A DNA stretch of 63,874 bases, counting the filler, from Thelocarpon superellum (lineage: Eukaryota), in assembly GCA_026025795.1 (NCBI GenBank). It is 3 parts of 3 records of this genome, joined end to end, with 100 filler letters (N's around TTAATTAATTAA, not from the genome) between each part and the next. Parts side by side here need not be neighbours in the genome. Positions count along the whole stretch, not along the records: positions 22,593 to 45,075 come from JAPEUG010000296.1; 2 more parts are not named here. One strand, 5' to 3'. A program made the translations under genes and the position numbers. Each line of letters starts with the position of its first letter. The first letter of the stretch is position 1. The notes under the pieces were generated by a model. That model was not told the DNA's origin, did not search any database, and saw only the letters and a program-made list of their open reading frames with translations. This document shows positions 25,113-38,200 of the stretch, piece by piece.

Positions 25113-26424
25113 TCAGACGTCGAAATGTTGCTCCACGGTCTGATCTCTGCGGATCTCACCCGGCTCTCCGTCGGTCCCGGGTTTTCCGCTCGTGACGTCG
25201 GTCGTCACGACGTGCCCTGCGTCCTGGAGCTTCACGAAAGCCGTCGTGCTGGCGTCCACGCTGTCAGCGTCCAGCGTGTCCGGGTCCCGTCTCGGCTTGT
25301 CGCTGCCCTGGCCGAAGGTACGGATGGTCCGCGACCGGTCGGAGCCCGACGGTCGGTAAGACGCATCGGCGCTGGAAGTATAGGATTTGCCGGTCCGCCA
25401 CGAATTGGTGGCGCCCACCACGCGGTGGAAGAGCGGGGGCAGCACCGGCAGGCAGGCGCAGATGATGCCGACCGACTGCTCCACCGTGCTCCACGTCGAG
25501 GAAACCACCAGCGTGTACGTGATGTCGGCTGCGACGACGTCGTTGAACGTCGTCACGCGGATGATGCTGGCGATGACCACGCTGCGGAGAAGGATCGGCG
25601 CTGTCAGCGAGGGGGGAGCCTCACGTAAGACGGATTCTGGGGATGGCTCGACTCACAAGGTTCCCAGGAGGAAGAGCGCCGTCACGGAGATCTTCTGCTT
25701 CAAGGCGAAGTTCAGGCGCCAGATCATCGGGATGGTGAGGGTCAAGATGATGAAATCGATCAAGAGATTCGCCACCCCGTTCCATCGGTAGAAGGCCGTC
25801 GAATCCACACAGGTGCCCCCCGAGATGGTCTTGTCCCAGTAGAAAGACACCGGCTTGCACTCGAAGATGGCCGCCAGGAGGTTGGCGATGAAGTAGAACA
25901 GCACGATGATCCATGCGGCCGTCAGTGCCTTGCGGAAGGTCCGGGAGACGCCGAAGATCCGGTAGTAGAGCAGGATAATGGACGTCTTGAAGAAGAAGGA
26001 CGAGAAGAAGTAGAAGATCTGGAGCGCCATGAGCAGCTTCAAGAAGAGCTCAATCTGCGCATCTGTCACGGGCCCGCCGAACGCTTCCGTATGTCGGCCG
26101 AAGCCACTATATTGCACCTGGTACCATGAGGCGGCGCTGATGCCCCAATCGCATAGCTGGAACGACGGCGTCGGTCAGCGTCGGTCTTCTCCTATCCCAC
26201 CCGCGGGCCCCAGGGAGGGAGAATAGACTCACCAGCGCTGGTAGGATCAACCAGTCATCCCACCAGAAGTGCGTGCCTGAGATCCGTCGGGAGAGGAAGC
26301 GGAGGCCGACGACGATCGTGGAAAGTATCTGCAGCGAGATGGTGCCGCCATAGAGCGCCGCCGTCCGGGACTCCCAATACACCGGGCTGGACATGTCAGG
26401 CGGCGGAGGTGGAGGGGACGCCAT
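25113..26424 (-). CDS. PTH11-like (rhodopsin-domain) integral membrane protein / putative GPCR, no CFEM domain; 3 exons
   Basis: VGLRFLSRR...WWDDWLI, GFGRH, KTSIILLYYRIF, IFECKPVSFYWD, DFIILTLTIPMIWRL and WSTVEQSVGIICACLP are family hallmarks. Confidence 0.92.
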
Positions 26425-28055
26425 CGTGGGCGGTGGCATCCGGCGGTGATGTTCTCGAGCGCAGGCGTGAGCGGCAGCAGGAGTGGTAACTTGGATGTTA
26501 AGACATTATATCCAGCATTCATCTGATGCGGAGTCGCCCCTGCGTCGACCGCCCTTTGACCATGGGCCAGCAATCCGGGAGATGAAGCTTCGCCACCACG
26601 ACACCAAAGCACGCCGCCCAGGCCATCTCGGCGGCGTGCACGCATATTTGCTCTTGCTCGATGGCTTGTGCGTTGCCCTAGCCAAAGGTGGCGAGGCGTG
26701 GGACACCTGGGCTCAGATCGACGAAGCCCTTCATGCTATATTACATGCGTGGCTCGGCGGGGAGTGAGGTAGCGTGGTCGAGTCGAAAGCTTGGCCTGGA
26801 GGAACCGTGGCAGCCCAGAGCGACCACCCACGTTTCTCCCCCAAGCCGCCCGCCCGTTCCCCACGGGTAGGTGTTCGGTTCGAATGAACCGAGGCATGGA
26901 ACTCTCTTCCACGCCACCGCCTTTGCCGTCTATCCGTAGGCCAACTGCCCATCCGTACTAACGGATGGGGATAAGACAGCCCAATTGCTGCAACGGGGAC
27001 CAAGCCGCCCCAGAGGTCTCTTTTCGCGACGGTGCCGGTCCGTCCAACCGGCTAACATGGACGACCCACGCTTTCGCGCAACGTTATGTCCCGAACATGG
27101 TATAACAGTGCACATATGCATAACTGCGTTCATGGATCCTGCTCGGTGATTAAGACGCGATAGGAATACCCTGCACTCCATACCGTGTCTCGTCTCATCC
27201 GCGTCCACACAGCACCGCTCGCTCATTCCTTGACAAGCTGTTGCGCTGGTCGAGACGATCCGATTGAACTCTGGGTGGCCGGGGCCAACCTATGACTACA
27301 AGTACTAACCTACTACTGATGATGCGGGTAGGTTGTCCCGAGTAGCTGCCGTCCTCCATGAACGTGGCCCCACAAGAATGACGAGGCAGCTTTAGACGAA
27401 GGATGCGCTGGGAAGTTGACGTGCGGAAGCTTGGTCCATAGCAGCGACATTGCAGGATGCTGGAAAGGTAAGGGGCGGACGGATGGCTGAGGAAACAGTG
27501 TTCGATGAGTGCCGGACTGGAGGCGCATCTGGTGTGATTAGGTCCTACTGCTCGTAGTAGAGGGGCCTCCAAGGAACCGGCGATTCGAGGAGCACTGGCC
27601 GGATCGAGACGCGAGGGGAGAGGCGGAAGGTCTAAACTATGTTAGCGGCAAGCGCACAAGGACAAAGAACAAGGGCATTGGTATCGATAGGACGAGAGTT
27701 CTCAGGTCACGTGAGTTCGCGACTCTCACGTGATTGATCGACGAAGATTCCTGGCGGTCTGGGATGGAAGAAGGTGAACCTCTAGCACCTTGCATTGGGA
27801 AATGCCATGTCAAGCTGCACATCGACAGGAGTGTATGCTATGTTTCAAATGGCTAGAACCCAAAAGCAGTCGCTCATGGTTCGGATGCGGCGTTGGCCAT
27901 AGACCAAGCATTTCTGATGTCGCCGGCTTAACCACGTCGCGTCGCGTCGCGTGTAGCTGCACAACTCAAACCCGCATCGGGTGAGAGGCGAGGCTTGAGC
28001 ATCATCATCATCGTCATCCGGAAGTTGGTAGATTGGCATCTATTCATCGTCCATC

Positions 28056-30984
28056 ATGTACCGAAAGCCATTTCGCCCACCGCTACTGAAGCGTGCGTCG
28101 TCATTCACCATCGAGGAAGTTCCTCTGACCCCGCCCTCAAAGAAGCCCCGCCTGAGCTCCGACAGAGGTGAAGGAGCCGAAAGGCGTGAGATCCAGGACG
28201 TGCGGCAACCCTTCTCCGACTTGGAAGAGAATACTACTGGCCCGGTTGCCGTGAAACCTCGTGCGAGCGACCCAGGGAGATATTTTGCCGTCCTTTGGTC
28301 TGACAGTCCACGTATGCTTCCGCTGACCATCACTGACGGCGATGCTCGGCAGGCGAAAATGTACGGCCAAGAAACACAAGACCTGGGACGGTGATGGTAT
28401 GCTGTCCTTGGTGGGAGGATATGCACATCTGCGCGACGTCTCCGGGAAAGACCTGGGCCGGGCAAAGTTTGAGGCGCCATTGCTTCCGGGATCCGCTCTT
28501 GTCGTGGCGGGCAAGGATGTGGAGGTGGACGCGCTGCTATCTAAGGAGGAAGCCCGCGCACAGATGCAGCCCGCAAGAACGGCGATCCCCCGACCAAGTC
28601 CAAAGGAAGTCAAGCCCGCCGCGAAACCCCTGGTCCGAGAGATCAAGCCCAGCGCCTTCTATCGTCCCATCCAACGCACCGGATCCGGGAGAACGGCCGG
28701 CAATGGGCATTTCAAGACTCCCTTGCGTTCCACGACCGTCCTGCCGAAGCCAGACGTCGACGCCGTTGTACCTCGCCACGACCCGACGGAAGCGGGGGCC
28801 CTCGTCATGAAGCGTCCGGGGAGTGCCCCGTCTGGCAAACGTCTCGTCGATGTCGTGGTCGACCCCTTGCTCACCCGACGCCTACGCGAGCACCAACGGG
28901 AAGGGATCAAATTCTTGTACGAGTGCGTGATGGGCATGCGGCCGTATGATGGACAAGGCGCCATTCTCGCCGACGAGATGGGCCTAGGGAAGACCTTGCA
29001 GACCATCGCCCTCATCTGGACGCTGTTGAAGCAGAACCCCATCTACGAGGACGCACCCGTCATCAAGAAGGCGCTGATCGTGTGTCCGGTCACGCTGATC
29101 AGCAATTGGCGCAAGGAGTTTCGGAAGTGGCTGGGCAGCGAGCGACTGGGCGTCTTCGTGGCCGACGGGGCCAATATGCGGCTGCGAGACTTCACCGTCG
29201 GTCGAAGCTACAGTGTGATGATCATCGGATACGAAAAGCTTCGAACAGTGCAGGAAGAGCTGAAGAGGGGCAGCGGCATCGACCTCGTGGTTGCCGACGA
29301 GGGGCACCGGCTCAAGACCGCGCAGAACAAGTCGGCCAAGGCGATCCGGGGGCTCAACGCGTCGCGGCGGATCATCCTGTCGGGCACGCCCATCCAGAAC
29401 GATCTGTCGGAATTCTTCGAGATGGTCGATTTCGTCAATCCCGGGCTCCTCAACACCTACGCCTCCTTCCGAAAAGACGTCGAGGGTCCGATCGTCCGGA
29501 GCCGCCAGCCGGGGGCGCTGAAGAAGGAGGTGGCGGACGGCGAAGCGCAGAGTCGCGAGCTCGCCGCGTGCACGCAGCCCTTTATCCTGCGACGAACGGC
29601 CGAGGTGCTAGCCAAGTACCTCCAGCCCAAGACAGAATACGTGCTCTTTTGCCGACCCACGACGACTCAAGCCGACGTCTACCGTGCCGTTCTATCGTCG
29701 CCACTCTTCAGCACTGTGCTGGGTAGCCCGGAGGCCTCCCTTCAGCTGATCACGTTGCTGAAGAAAGTCTGCAACTCGCCCACGCTCCTGGCACCGCGCG
29801 CTGGGGTAGAAGGGCCGGCGAACGCCAGCGTCGCGACACTGCTGTCCAGCATCGCGCCGACGGTGCACCGAGCCAGTCCGTCCTCATCCAGTGCCAAGCT
29901 CAAGGTGCTAGACCGTCTGCTCCATCATCTCCGGAAGACGACGTCGGAAAAGGTGGTGCTGGTGTCCAACTACACGTCGACGCTCGATCTGCTACAGATG
30001 CATCTCACCGCACGGGGATACCACTACCTCCGCCTCGATGGATCCACTCCGACGTCCAAGCGACAGGATCTCGTTGACACCTTCAACCGCACGACGGCGA
30101 GCATGTGTTTCGTCTTCCTGCTCTCGGCCAAGGCAGGCGGGGCGGGGATCAACTTGATCGGGGCGTCACGCCTCGTGCTCTTCGACGTGGACTGGAATCC
30201 GTCCACAGACCTGCAAGCCATGGCGCGCATCCACCGCGATGGCCAGAAACGCCCCGTGCACATCTACCGCCTGCTGGTGGCGGGCGCGCTGGACGAGAAG
30301 GTGTGGCAGCGCCAGATCACCAAGATCGGCCTCGCGGACAGCGTCATGGATCAGAAGACAACGGCCAGTAGTTTCTCGACAGAGGAACTGCGTGATCTGT
30401 TCACGCTCGATGAGACGGCGTCCTGCCAGACGCATGATCTGTTGGGGTGCTCATGTGGTGGCGATGGGGGACACCCTGCAGCACGCGCCGCGGAACTACT
30501 GCCTACGAAGGCCAGCGACGTTAGAGAGGACGAAGACGAGGAGGATGACGACGATGTCGACCTCCTACCGATGCCGACGCTCGTGAAAGCATCGGATCTG
30601 CATCGATCCAACCAAGCGAACGAAGCCTCGACCAAGACGGAGACCAAGTCAAGGAAGAAGAAGAGGATGGCGTCATTGATGCAGTACACGCACATCGACA
30701 CGTCCCGATTCGGCTGCCTTGCTTCTCCCCACGACGGCAAGAAGGGCCTTTCTGCCGATGATCATGCGGATGATGATGCCGGAGAAGGAGGAGAGGGAGA
30801 GGAAGAGGGAGAAGAGACGACGCAACAGCGACGCATCAAGGCCCTCCGTCGCTTCGACGACGAAGACGAAGTGTTGTCGAACGTGCTGAAGGAGGAGGGG
30901 AACCGCGTCGCGTTTGTGTTTGTCAAATCTACCAAGAAGGAGGTGGAGGAGAGAGAGGCCGTCGATGCCGTCGATAGTGTCTAG
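28056..30984 (+). CDS. RDH54: SNF2-family DNA translocase Rdh54/Rad54B; one intron near 28298-28352
   Basis: YFAVLW|RKCTAKKHKTWDGDG N-terminal motif, LREHQREG, GAILADEMGLGKT, DEGHRLK, LSGTPIQNDL and WNPSTDLQAMARIHRDGQ. Confidence 0.92.
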
Positions 30985-31026
30985 TATGACGATTGCAGAG
31001 TCACGACCTAAGCCTCTCTTCCATCC

Positions 31027-34000
31027 TCATCTTGTCGCGTCGGGTAGTTCTACATGCAGCCGCAATTCCTTGGCGCTCAAGACGGCATACATCTCCCTCA
31101 GCGCCGCATCATCCATGACGTAACGCAGGTGGCGGAAGGCGAAGAGATACAGCTCCTTTGCCCACGGACAGGCGCGAATGGCGCGCCAGACGAGCGTGCG
31201 TGGATGTGATGATGAAGAGGGCGCGAGGGAAGTGCGGTGCATGGTGCTGTAGTGCAGGTAGAGTCGCCATATCGTGGGTGAAGAAGCGGCGCTGAGAAGA
31301 CACGCGGCGTTAGCGACGTCTTCTCCGTAGATAAGTCCCGCAAAGATGAAAAGGTAACTCGGTGTATGGAGAATAGGAACTCGCCTTGGGCTTGCTACCG
31401 CGCGCTCAAATAACGCGAGGACCGAAAAGAGATTCCTCCCCGAGCCGGGAGCGGCATGGGCCTCGTTCACGATGGAAAAGAGCCAGCCGAGCACCGACGA
31501 GTCCTGCTCTCGACGCAACACAGCCTCCGCCACGAGATCACGCACGCGATTGTCGATACGGAAGCGGGCTTCGTTGAAGGCATAGAGCGCGAGAAAGAGC
31601 GTGTTGGTTGGGAAGAGACGGATGGAGGCCGCGAGCTGGTCGCGCATCAGGGCCGGTCGGAAGGCGCGCGAGGTCGTGCTGTGTTGGTAGAGGAGGCGAG
31701 CGCGCGCTTGGTGGAGGAGTTCAATGGTGGTGAGACGGGATGAGGACTGGGTTTCGAGGTCGTGCAGGCTTGATTCGTAGCTGGAGAGAGCCGAGGACAG
31801 GGCGTTGGAGGACGAGGGCTGGCCGAGGTAATGGAGGAGCGCGAGGCAGTCTGTGTGATGCACGACGGATTGTGTGTGCGCGCTGGAGAGGCCGTGGTGG
31901 ATGCCTGCTTCGAAGGCCTTGGGGAGTCAGTCACGTCGAGACTAGGTGAGGCCTCACTTACCCGTCTGGCTTTGAGCAGGACACTCGGATGGGCTTTGGC
32001 AAATGCGGCGATATTGGCGTCCTCCGAGATGAGAGCTCCTCCCGATTTCCCCTCTGCGAATCCCAGCAGTCGCTGCCATGCCGCTTGCGGACGTCCATCT
32101 TCGAGGAGTGCCCAGGCCCAAGTCCGACACAAGAGGATGCGATCGAGCTGATCCGTCTCGTCAAAGGTATTGCTCAAGCTCAACGCCGTCGAGAGAATGC
32201 TTTCCGCTTTGTCCATTTCCCCTGCTCGCCACTCGACCAAAGCATACGCGTTGTAGAGACGCAGGCTTGTTGGCTGTTGTTTCAAGAGCGCCTTGGCCGT
32301 TTTGCGGAGACTGGAGACGTCAGGAGGGGATCTTTATCAAGAGATGGACTGCCAGTACAAACCTATCAAGTCCGTTGATGCGATCAAAGGCCAGACACAA
32401 CTCCGCCATATCCGAACCGCCGGCATCGATTGAGACCAGGCGTTTCAGCGCCCGCCCCATCCACGGTGCTCGGACTCGATTCATCTCCACTCGGTACGTT
32501 GCATCCATCTCATCCAGGGCAGATGACCAGCGGTGCTTGGAGAAGAGAGTGTCCACGGAGGGTGGCCAGCGATGATAGTGGCAATCAAGTGGCTGCTCCT
32601 TGGTCCGGTTGTATGCCTCAACTTTCAGAGGTTCAGGTTGCACAGATGTTGATCCGCCCAGGACAGACGTAAGATGCGCGTCACTCTGATCCAAGGCCTC
32701 ACTTCTGACGAACGAGTCCGTCCACCAGGACAAGGATGTACTTTCCCTAGCCCGGGGTAGGAGGGGCGGAAGGCGACAGAAGGCGAGGAATCCGTTCAAC
32801 AAGCTGAAACGCGCGTCATCCGTCGACACCCTAACTAGGAAATCTTTGATGTCCGAAAACAGAATGACACGATACGGGTCATCCTCGGCGACGTCGTCGA
32901 TAGTTCGAGCCGGCAGGGCCGCGAACACTGCGCAACTGCTTTCGCGTGTAAGCCAGTCCTGTATTGCATCATCTAGTACTCCCTTCCGCTGAACCGGATC
33001 AGCACTGGATGGTGGAATCCGATCTTGCCCCTCCGCAGTATAGCTTTTCCAACCCGTCGCGCCCTCTTCACCCAGACGGGGGGCTTCGCTGTCCCAGAAT
33101 GTCTCGAAGGCCGTCAGGAAGTCCTCGTCATCTGCCTTGCCGGGTGCTGTTGGCTGCTCTGGGGCAAAGAAGTTCATCTCCAAGCACGCCTGCCAAGTGG
33201 CGGTGGCGGCCTCCTGAAAGCCTGTTTCTCTCAGTCGAGGTCTACCCGAGCAAGTAGGGACGATCCGTACCGGCCTCACGCAGGAACAGGGTGCATCGGA
33301 GTAGGACATAGACGAGGCGGTCTTCAAGCTCGGCCAAGGTCCCTGGCCCGTTAGCCATATCGAGCGAGTGAGCACACCTCGACTCACCGGAAGACGCCCG
33401 GGCGGACTGACACGCGCCTGTCAGCATGGCCATGCATTCTTGGAACGTCGATCGCACATCGTCGTAGAGGAAGCTGGTGAAGTGGGTTTGGCGGAAATCC
33501 AGATATCGCATCCACAATCGGATCTGGCCTGAATTGCTTCGAAGTGTCTTTTGCCATTCAGAAGCATATTGTTTTGAACTTGGCCCATGTAAGTACGGGG
33601 AGACAGACACGGAGAAATGACCTACTCCCAGACCCGCGATCCTTCGTCCATTCTTTGCAGCAGCAGCCGTACACGGCCATCTCCGTCTGGACGCACCTTC
33701 TCCAGCGCCTTGGCGTACAGGGAAAGCTTCAGGGACGACGTGCTCTCTTTTTCAGCCAAGGTCATGGGCCTTCCGGCCACGTCCTGGCCTCCGTAGACCA
33801 GCGCGTCATGGCTGTCGATGAAGTCGATCCACGCCTGTGCATCACTGGGATCCGCGTCGGTCCTTCGCTTGAGCTCTAGATGGCGCTGCCGGCTGGCGTG
33901 ACTGGGCTCGTAGGCGTTCTCATAGTCGGCTTCGGAAGATTCGGACGCGTACTGCAGGTCCCTGTCTGCGGGTTGATCGGATGCTTTCGCTTTACCTTCG

Positions 34001-34680
34001 ATCGAACGATAATGATGGTCCTCTTCCGACGAGCCCATGCTGCCTTCGCGTCGTCGCCGCTTCCTGGACGGTCCACTCAAGGAGATGAAATCCTCGCGGC
34101 CATCTGAGACCGCATCTTCCCCGTCAGCCGGCTTCAGTCGAAGTTGCCTCGGGCGTTTCCGCTCGGTCCGAGCAAAGGCATATTTCTCGCGCCGGCTGAA
34201 GTGCGATTGGGACCGGTGGAGGATCAGCAGACCCTTCTCCTGCCCCGTATCTCGGTCGATTCTGTACTCGGGGGAAAGTCCCAAGAGCGAGCCAGCTCCA
34301 GCCCGATAGTAGCTGGGGACGTGGTATCGGTGGATGCTTCCGTAGACCACATTCTGCAGATCCCCGGCCGTGTCGATCTTGAACAGCTCCGTTGGCCCAA
34401 GCTCCACCTTGGAGAGGATTGTCTTGGGTTCTTCTTTGGATCGATGCGGCACTTTGGATAAACGACTGGGCGAATGACGCCTTCGATGCCCGCTGGAGGA
34501 CTGCGAATGGCGATGGCGCTTGACGTCAGACGAAGGCTTCCGGGGCTCACGCGCTTGATGCGGCCCATCATGATCCGCCGTCAGGCTTTCTTCTTCCCTC
34601 TTTGCATCAACACGCCCACGAGATGATAGGGCGACCTTGGGACGGAAGCTGCCAAACTTGGGCACCGCCTTGCTCGCCAT
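31027..34680 (-). CDS. NRDE2: NRDE-2/Nrl1 nuclear exosome and spliceosome-associated TPR/HAT protein; about 6 exons
   Basis: VPKFGSF, GDLQNVVYGSIHRYHVPSY, FETFWDSEAPRLGEEGA.GW, PARTIDD..EDDPYRVILFSDI and RAIRACPWAKELY...KELRL. Confidence 0.9.
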
Positions 34681-35243
34681 TGCTTGCTGCCAGAGCCATC
34701 AACATGGAGCAGGATGAAGTTTGGACCTGATTTGACATACGTCTGACTCATTCTCAGTCATCGTGGATATCACTCGCGAGCGGCTTGATCAGAGGAGGAT
34801 GAGGTGAAGAGTAGAAGACGAATGCCAGGAGGGATTGATGTGGGGAGACGGCCTCTATCTTGAGCCGGGTGGGCACTTCAGAGGTCCCATCACGACACCG
34901 GCAGAATTCCATTGGAGCTCGCCCCACGCCGTCTCTTTCTCAATACGACGTTTCTCTAGGGTTTGATGGGATAGTTGGAGATCATGAGCCATCTGCCAAA
35001 GTGGGCGATGAGCTTGGATGAGCTTCGGGATGAAGTCTATCCGCGGTAAGCGGTAGCGAGGAGAAGCCGCGAAAAATTGCCCCGCGAGCCCCGGCAGATC
35101 TCGTCCGCCGATAAGTTCCTTTGGAAAAGATCCGCCCACCAAGCAGGTCCAGCTCTTGACCGGGACAGCAATGCTGTCAAGCATCATTGGGCTTTCAAGA
35201 TTTCCCGAGCCTGCCCCTCGTCTCGGACCAGACGGTCGGTCAG

Positions 35244-38200
35244 ATGGCGTCGTCCTTGGCCCAGCAGCTCTCGCAAATCGCTGCCAAATCCACCAATTCT
35301 CTCGATCTGCGGGCACAGAAGGCGGCACATGCCCGCTCGTTGCTGTTCGATCCCAAGGTCGCCGCGACCCAGGATTTTGATACCATCTACACGATATGTG
35401 CCGAGGCGTTCCACGAGCTGGCCCGGCTCGACCCACGCTTCCTCCCCTTCGCCCGCACCATCTTCAGCGAGCAGAGCAAGCAGGAGGACCGGACTCAATT
35501 GACGGAGAGCGAGAATCACGACCTGGACAAGGTCCTTGAGGACTTCTTGAGTCTGGTGGGGGCACGATTACTGCTCAAGCCGGCCGTGAAGGCGGTGGAA
35601 TGGCTAGTCCGCCGATTCAGGTTCGTCGTAGCCTCTCACCGCCCCCTGGTCCGCCGAGCGAGTCGGGTATGGCTAACAAGCGGACCATCATCAGGGTACA
35701 CGAATACAATACCATCTTTCTCGTCCTCACCTTTCTTCCCTATCATACCACGCCCATCTTCACCACCCTCCTATCAATCCTACCCGCCACCATCCCCCCG
35801 GCTTTCCATGCGCTCAATCCGTCCATCCGATCCTTGACTAACCCAACCCGACATGTCCTTGTGTCCGCCGCCACCCGGACGGAGGCCCTATCCGCGGCCA
35901 TCAATGCTTATGTCCTGAGGATCTGCAAGGCTCGCCATCACTATCCGGCTCTCCTCACCTTCTGGTCAGGGCTGATGACCGAGGTCGTCGCGGCCACCTT
36001 GGATCGCGCACGGTCCGGCAGGGCAACCGTCCGAAAACAGCAGGAAGAAGATGTTCTTGTGAGATGGCTTCCCATATTGAGCGAGGCGTTGGCCATGAAG
36101 AAGGTGCCGCACCTGCGCATCGGATCCTACATGATCGTGACCATCATGGCGAGCAAAGCCCAGCTCGACGATCAGGTCCTGTCCCGGCTTATGGAAGCCG
36201 TGCTATCGGGCTGGACGACCGACACGCTGATCCCGGGCCTGATGTGTCTAGCGGTGCTGGCGCAAAAGAGAGACGTGGTTGTCTTGCCAAAGGCGGTGGT
36301 GAACGGCGCTCTGAAGGTCGACAATTTGCTGGGGCTTCTCACATCGCTCAAGCCCCGGTGCCGAGTAGATCGATTGGCAGCTGGGCTGGTCGTGGGAGGC
36401 GTGGAAAAGCTGGGCCACTCTATCGAGCCCGGTACGATCGCTTTCATCGAGGGCGCCCTCACCGCATCCTTCATGAGCGAGCCACAGGCCGAGCTGGCCC
36501 TGAGGTCCTTGTTTGCCGTTGCCCAGCGTCTGAATCCTACCGCTGAGGATGGCCCTGCCACACGCCAAATGATCGCTGAACTGGTCATCCGGTTGGTTGC
36601 CGCAGATCCACTCAAACCGGTCATGGCCACGATCATGAACGATGATCACGTCGACATGGATGCGATCGAGATGCGGTTGGAGGCGGTCCTCCGACCTGCC
36701 CCAGATCTGACCAAAGACGGCGAGGGCGACATCATCATGGACAGGGACATTCCGAGCCCAGAAGCACGGGATCCTTTCAGGAAAGCCATCACCTCCCTGC
36801 CCTCGCCCGCTGCGCATGAGGTGTCGCTTCTATCGAGCCAGCCCTCATCGCTCTTCTCTCAACTCGCTCACGCCTTCACACTTGCAGTCCGGTCTCCGAC
36901 ACATGTGGCGGAATTTACGAATCTTCCGATGCTTCGCAGAGATCAGGCGTTGCAACAGCCATGGTTCTTCTCTTTCTTCATACGTGTCTGGAGCGGACCG
37001 ATGTCCACCATCACCCGTTCCGCAGCGCTCACTATCGTTGCCAAGCAGCTGCCCGTCGTGGCGGATTCATCGCTCGATCTGCAAGCTTTGCTGGCATACG
37101 TCTTAACAGCGCTAGCCGACCCCGCCGAACGAGTCCGACGATCCGCTGTTGAGCTCCTCGTGACGATGCGAGAAATTCTGCACGGAGGTGAGAAAAGCAG
37201 GAAGAGGTCGAGCCCCCAACATCCGTGGGGGGTGGACGGCCTCTACGCCGAAGGATTGGCCGCCGGCATCGAGTGGCTCTCACCCAAGGAGCTGTTAGAC
37301 TGTATGGATCAAATGCTGCTCCCAGACGCAGAAGAATGCATTCTCGACGCCCACCGTCTGGGACTTCTCTTCGAGAAGACGTTCACCAAGTCGCGGCAGA
37401 CGGACACCAAAGAGAAGACGGGCACCCCGTCTCTGTCTTCGTCTACAAAAGTCGCTCTCTTCTCCTCATTGAGCAGCCAGATCGTGGCAACGCCACTGCT
37501 CACCGTCAAACTCCGGCTACTGACGGTGCTGAACCGGGCGCGCAAAGTGGGTGGGTCAAGCCGTACGAAGCTCCTTCTTCCCGTGCTCCAACAATGGACC
37601 AACACCGATCGGGCTTCCCTGCTTGAGCGATGTAAATCAGAGCAAATCCGACCTGAGCACTTTGACCTTGAATCTATTGGCATCATCACCGCGGGAAATG
37701 AGGACGGACTCGTCATTTTGACCGAGTTGATGATGCGAGAGGATGGCTCCGACGGGGCGACCGTGCGACAAGCCGCCGGGGAACGACTTCGCGAACTGTG
37801 GCCGGGCCTGAAGCCCAAGGCCCAGGCCGCAATGGCCACCAGCCTCTTGGATGTTACATGTCCGCCGGCCGTTCCGTCCACGGAACATCGTACCATGATC
37901 CGCGAGACGACGGAGGCCCTGCGTTCCATTCGACTCCCTCCGACGATCCTCGCGGACTTCCTTGACCGTCTACAGCTGCCCGAAGGACCCACTCAGCGAG
38001 AGGGGCCGAAGCGGCGACGTACGGATGTTATCGGCCCATCGCTTCCGGATCAGAGCGACCTCTCATGGGTGATTCGCCGCATGACCTTTGTGCTCGAGCT
38101 GGTCGACTCATCCGAAGATCGTCAGGATGAAGCGCTGCTGCGACCGCTCTTCCGCGTGCTCGGAGACTTGCAGCAGCTGACGCTACAGCTGGACTCGGAG

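Noticed and set aside
26860..26900. tRNA suggested by a GGTTCGAAT B-box-like motif
   Set aside because: No cloverleaf, acceptor stem or A box can be built around it.
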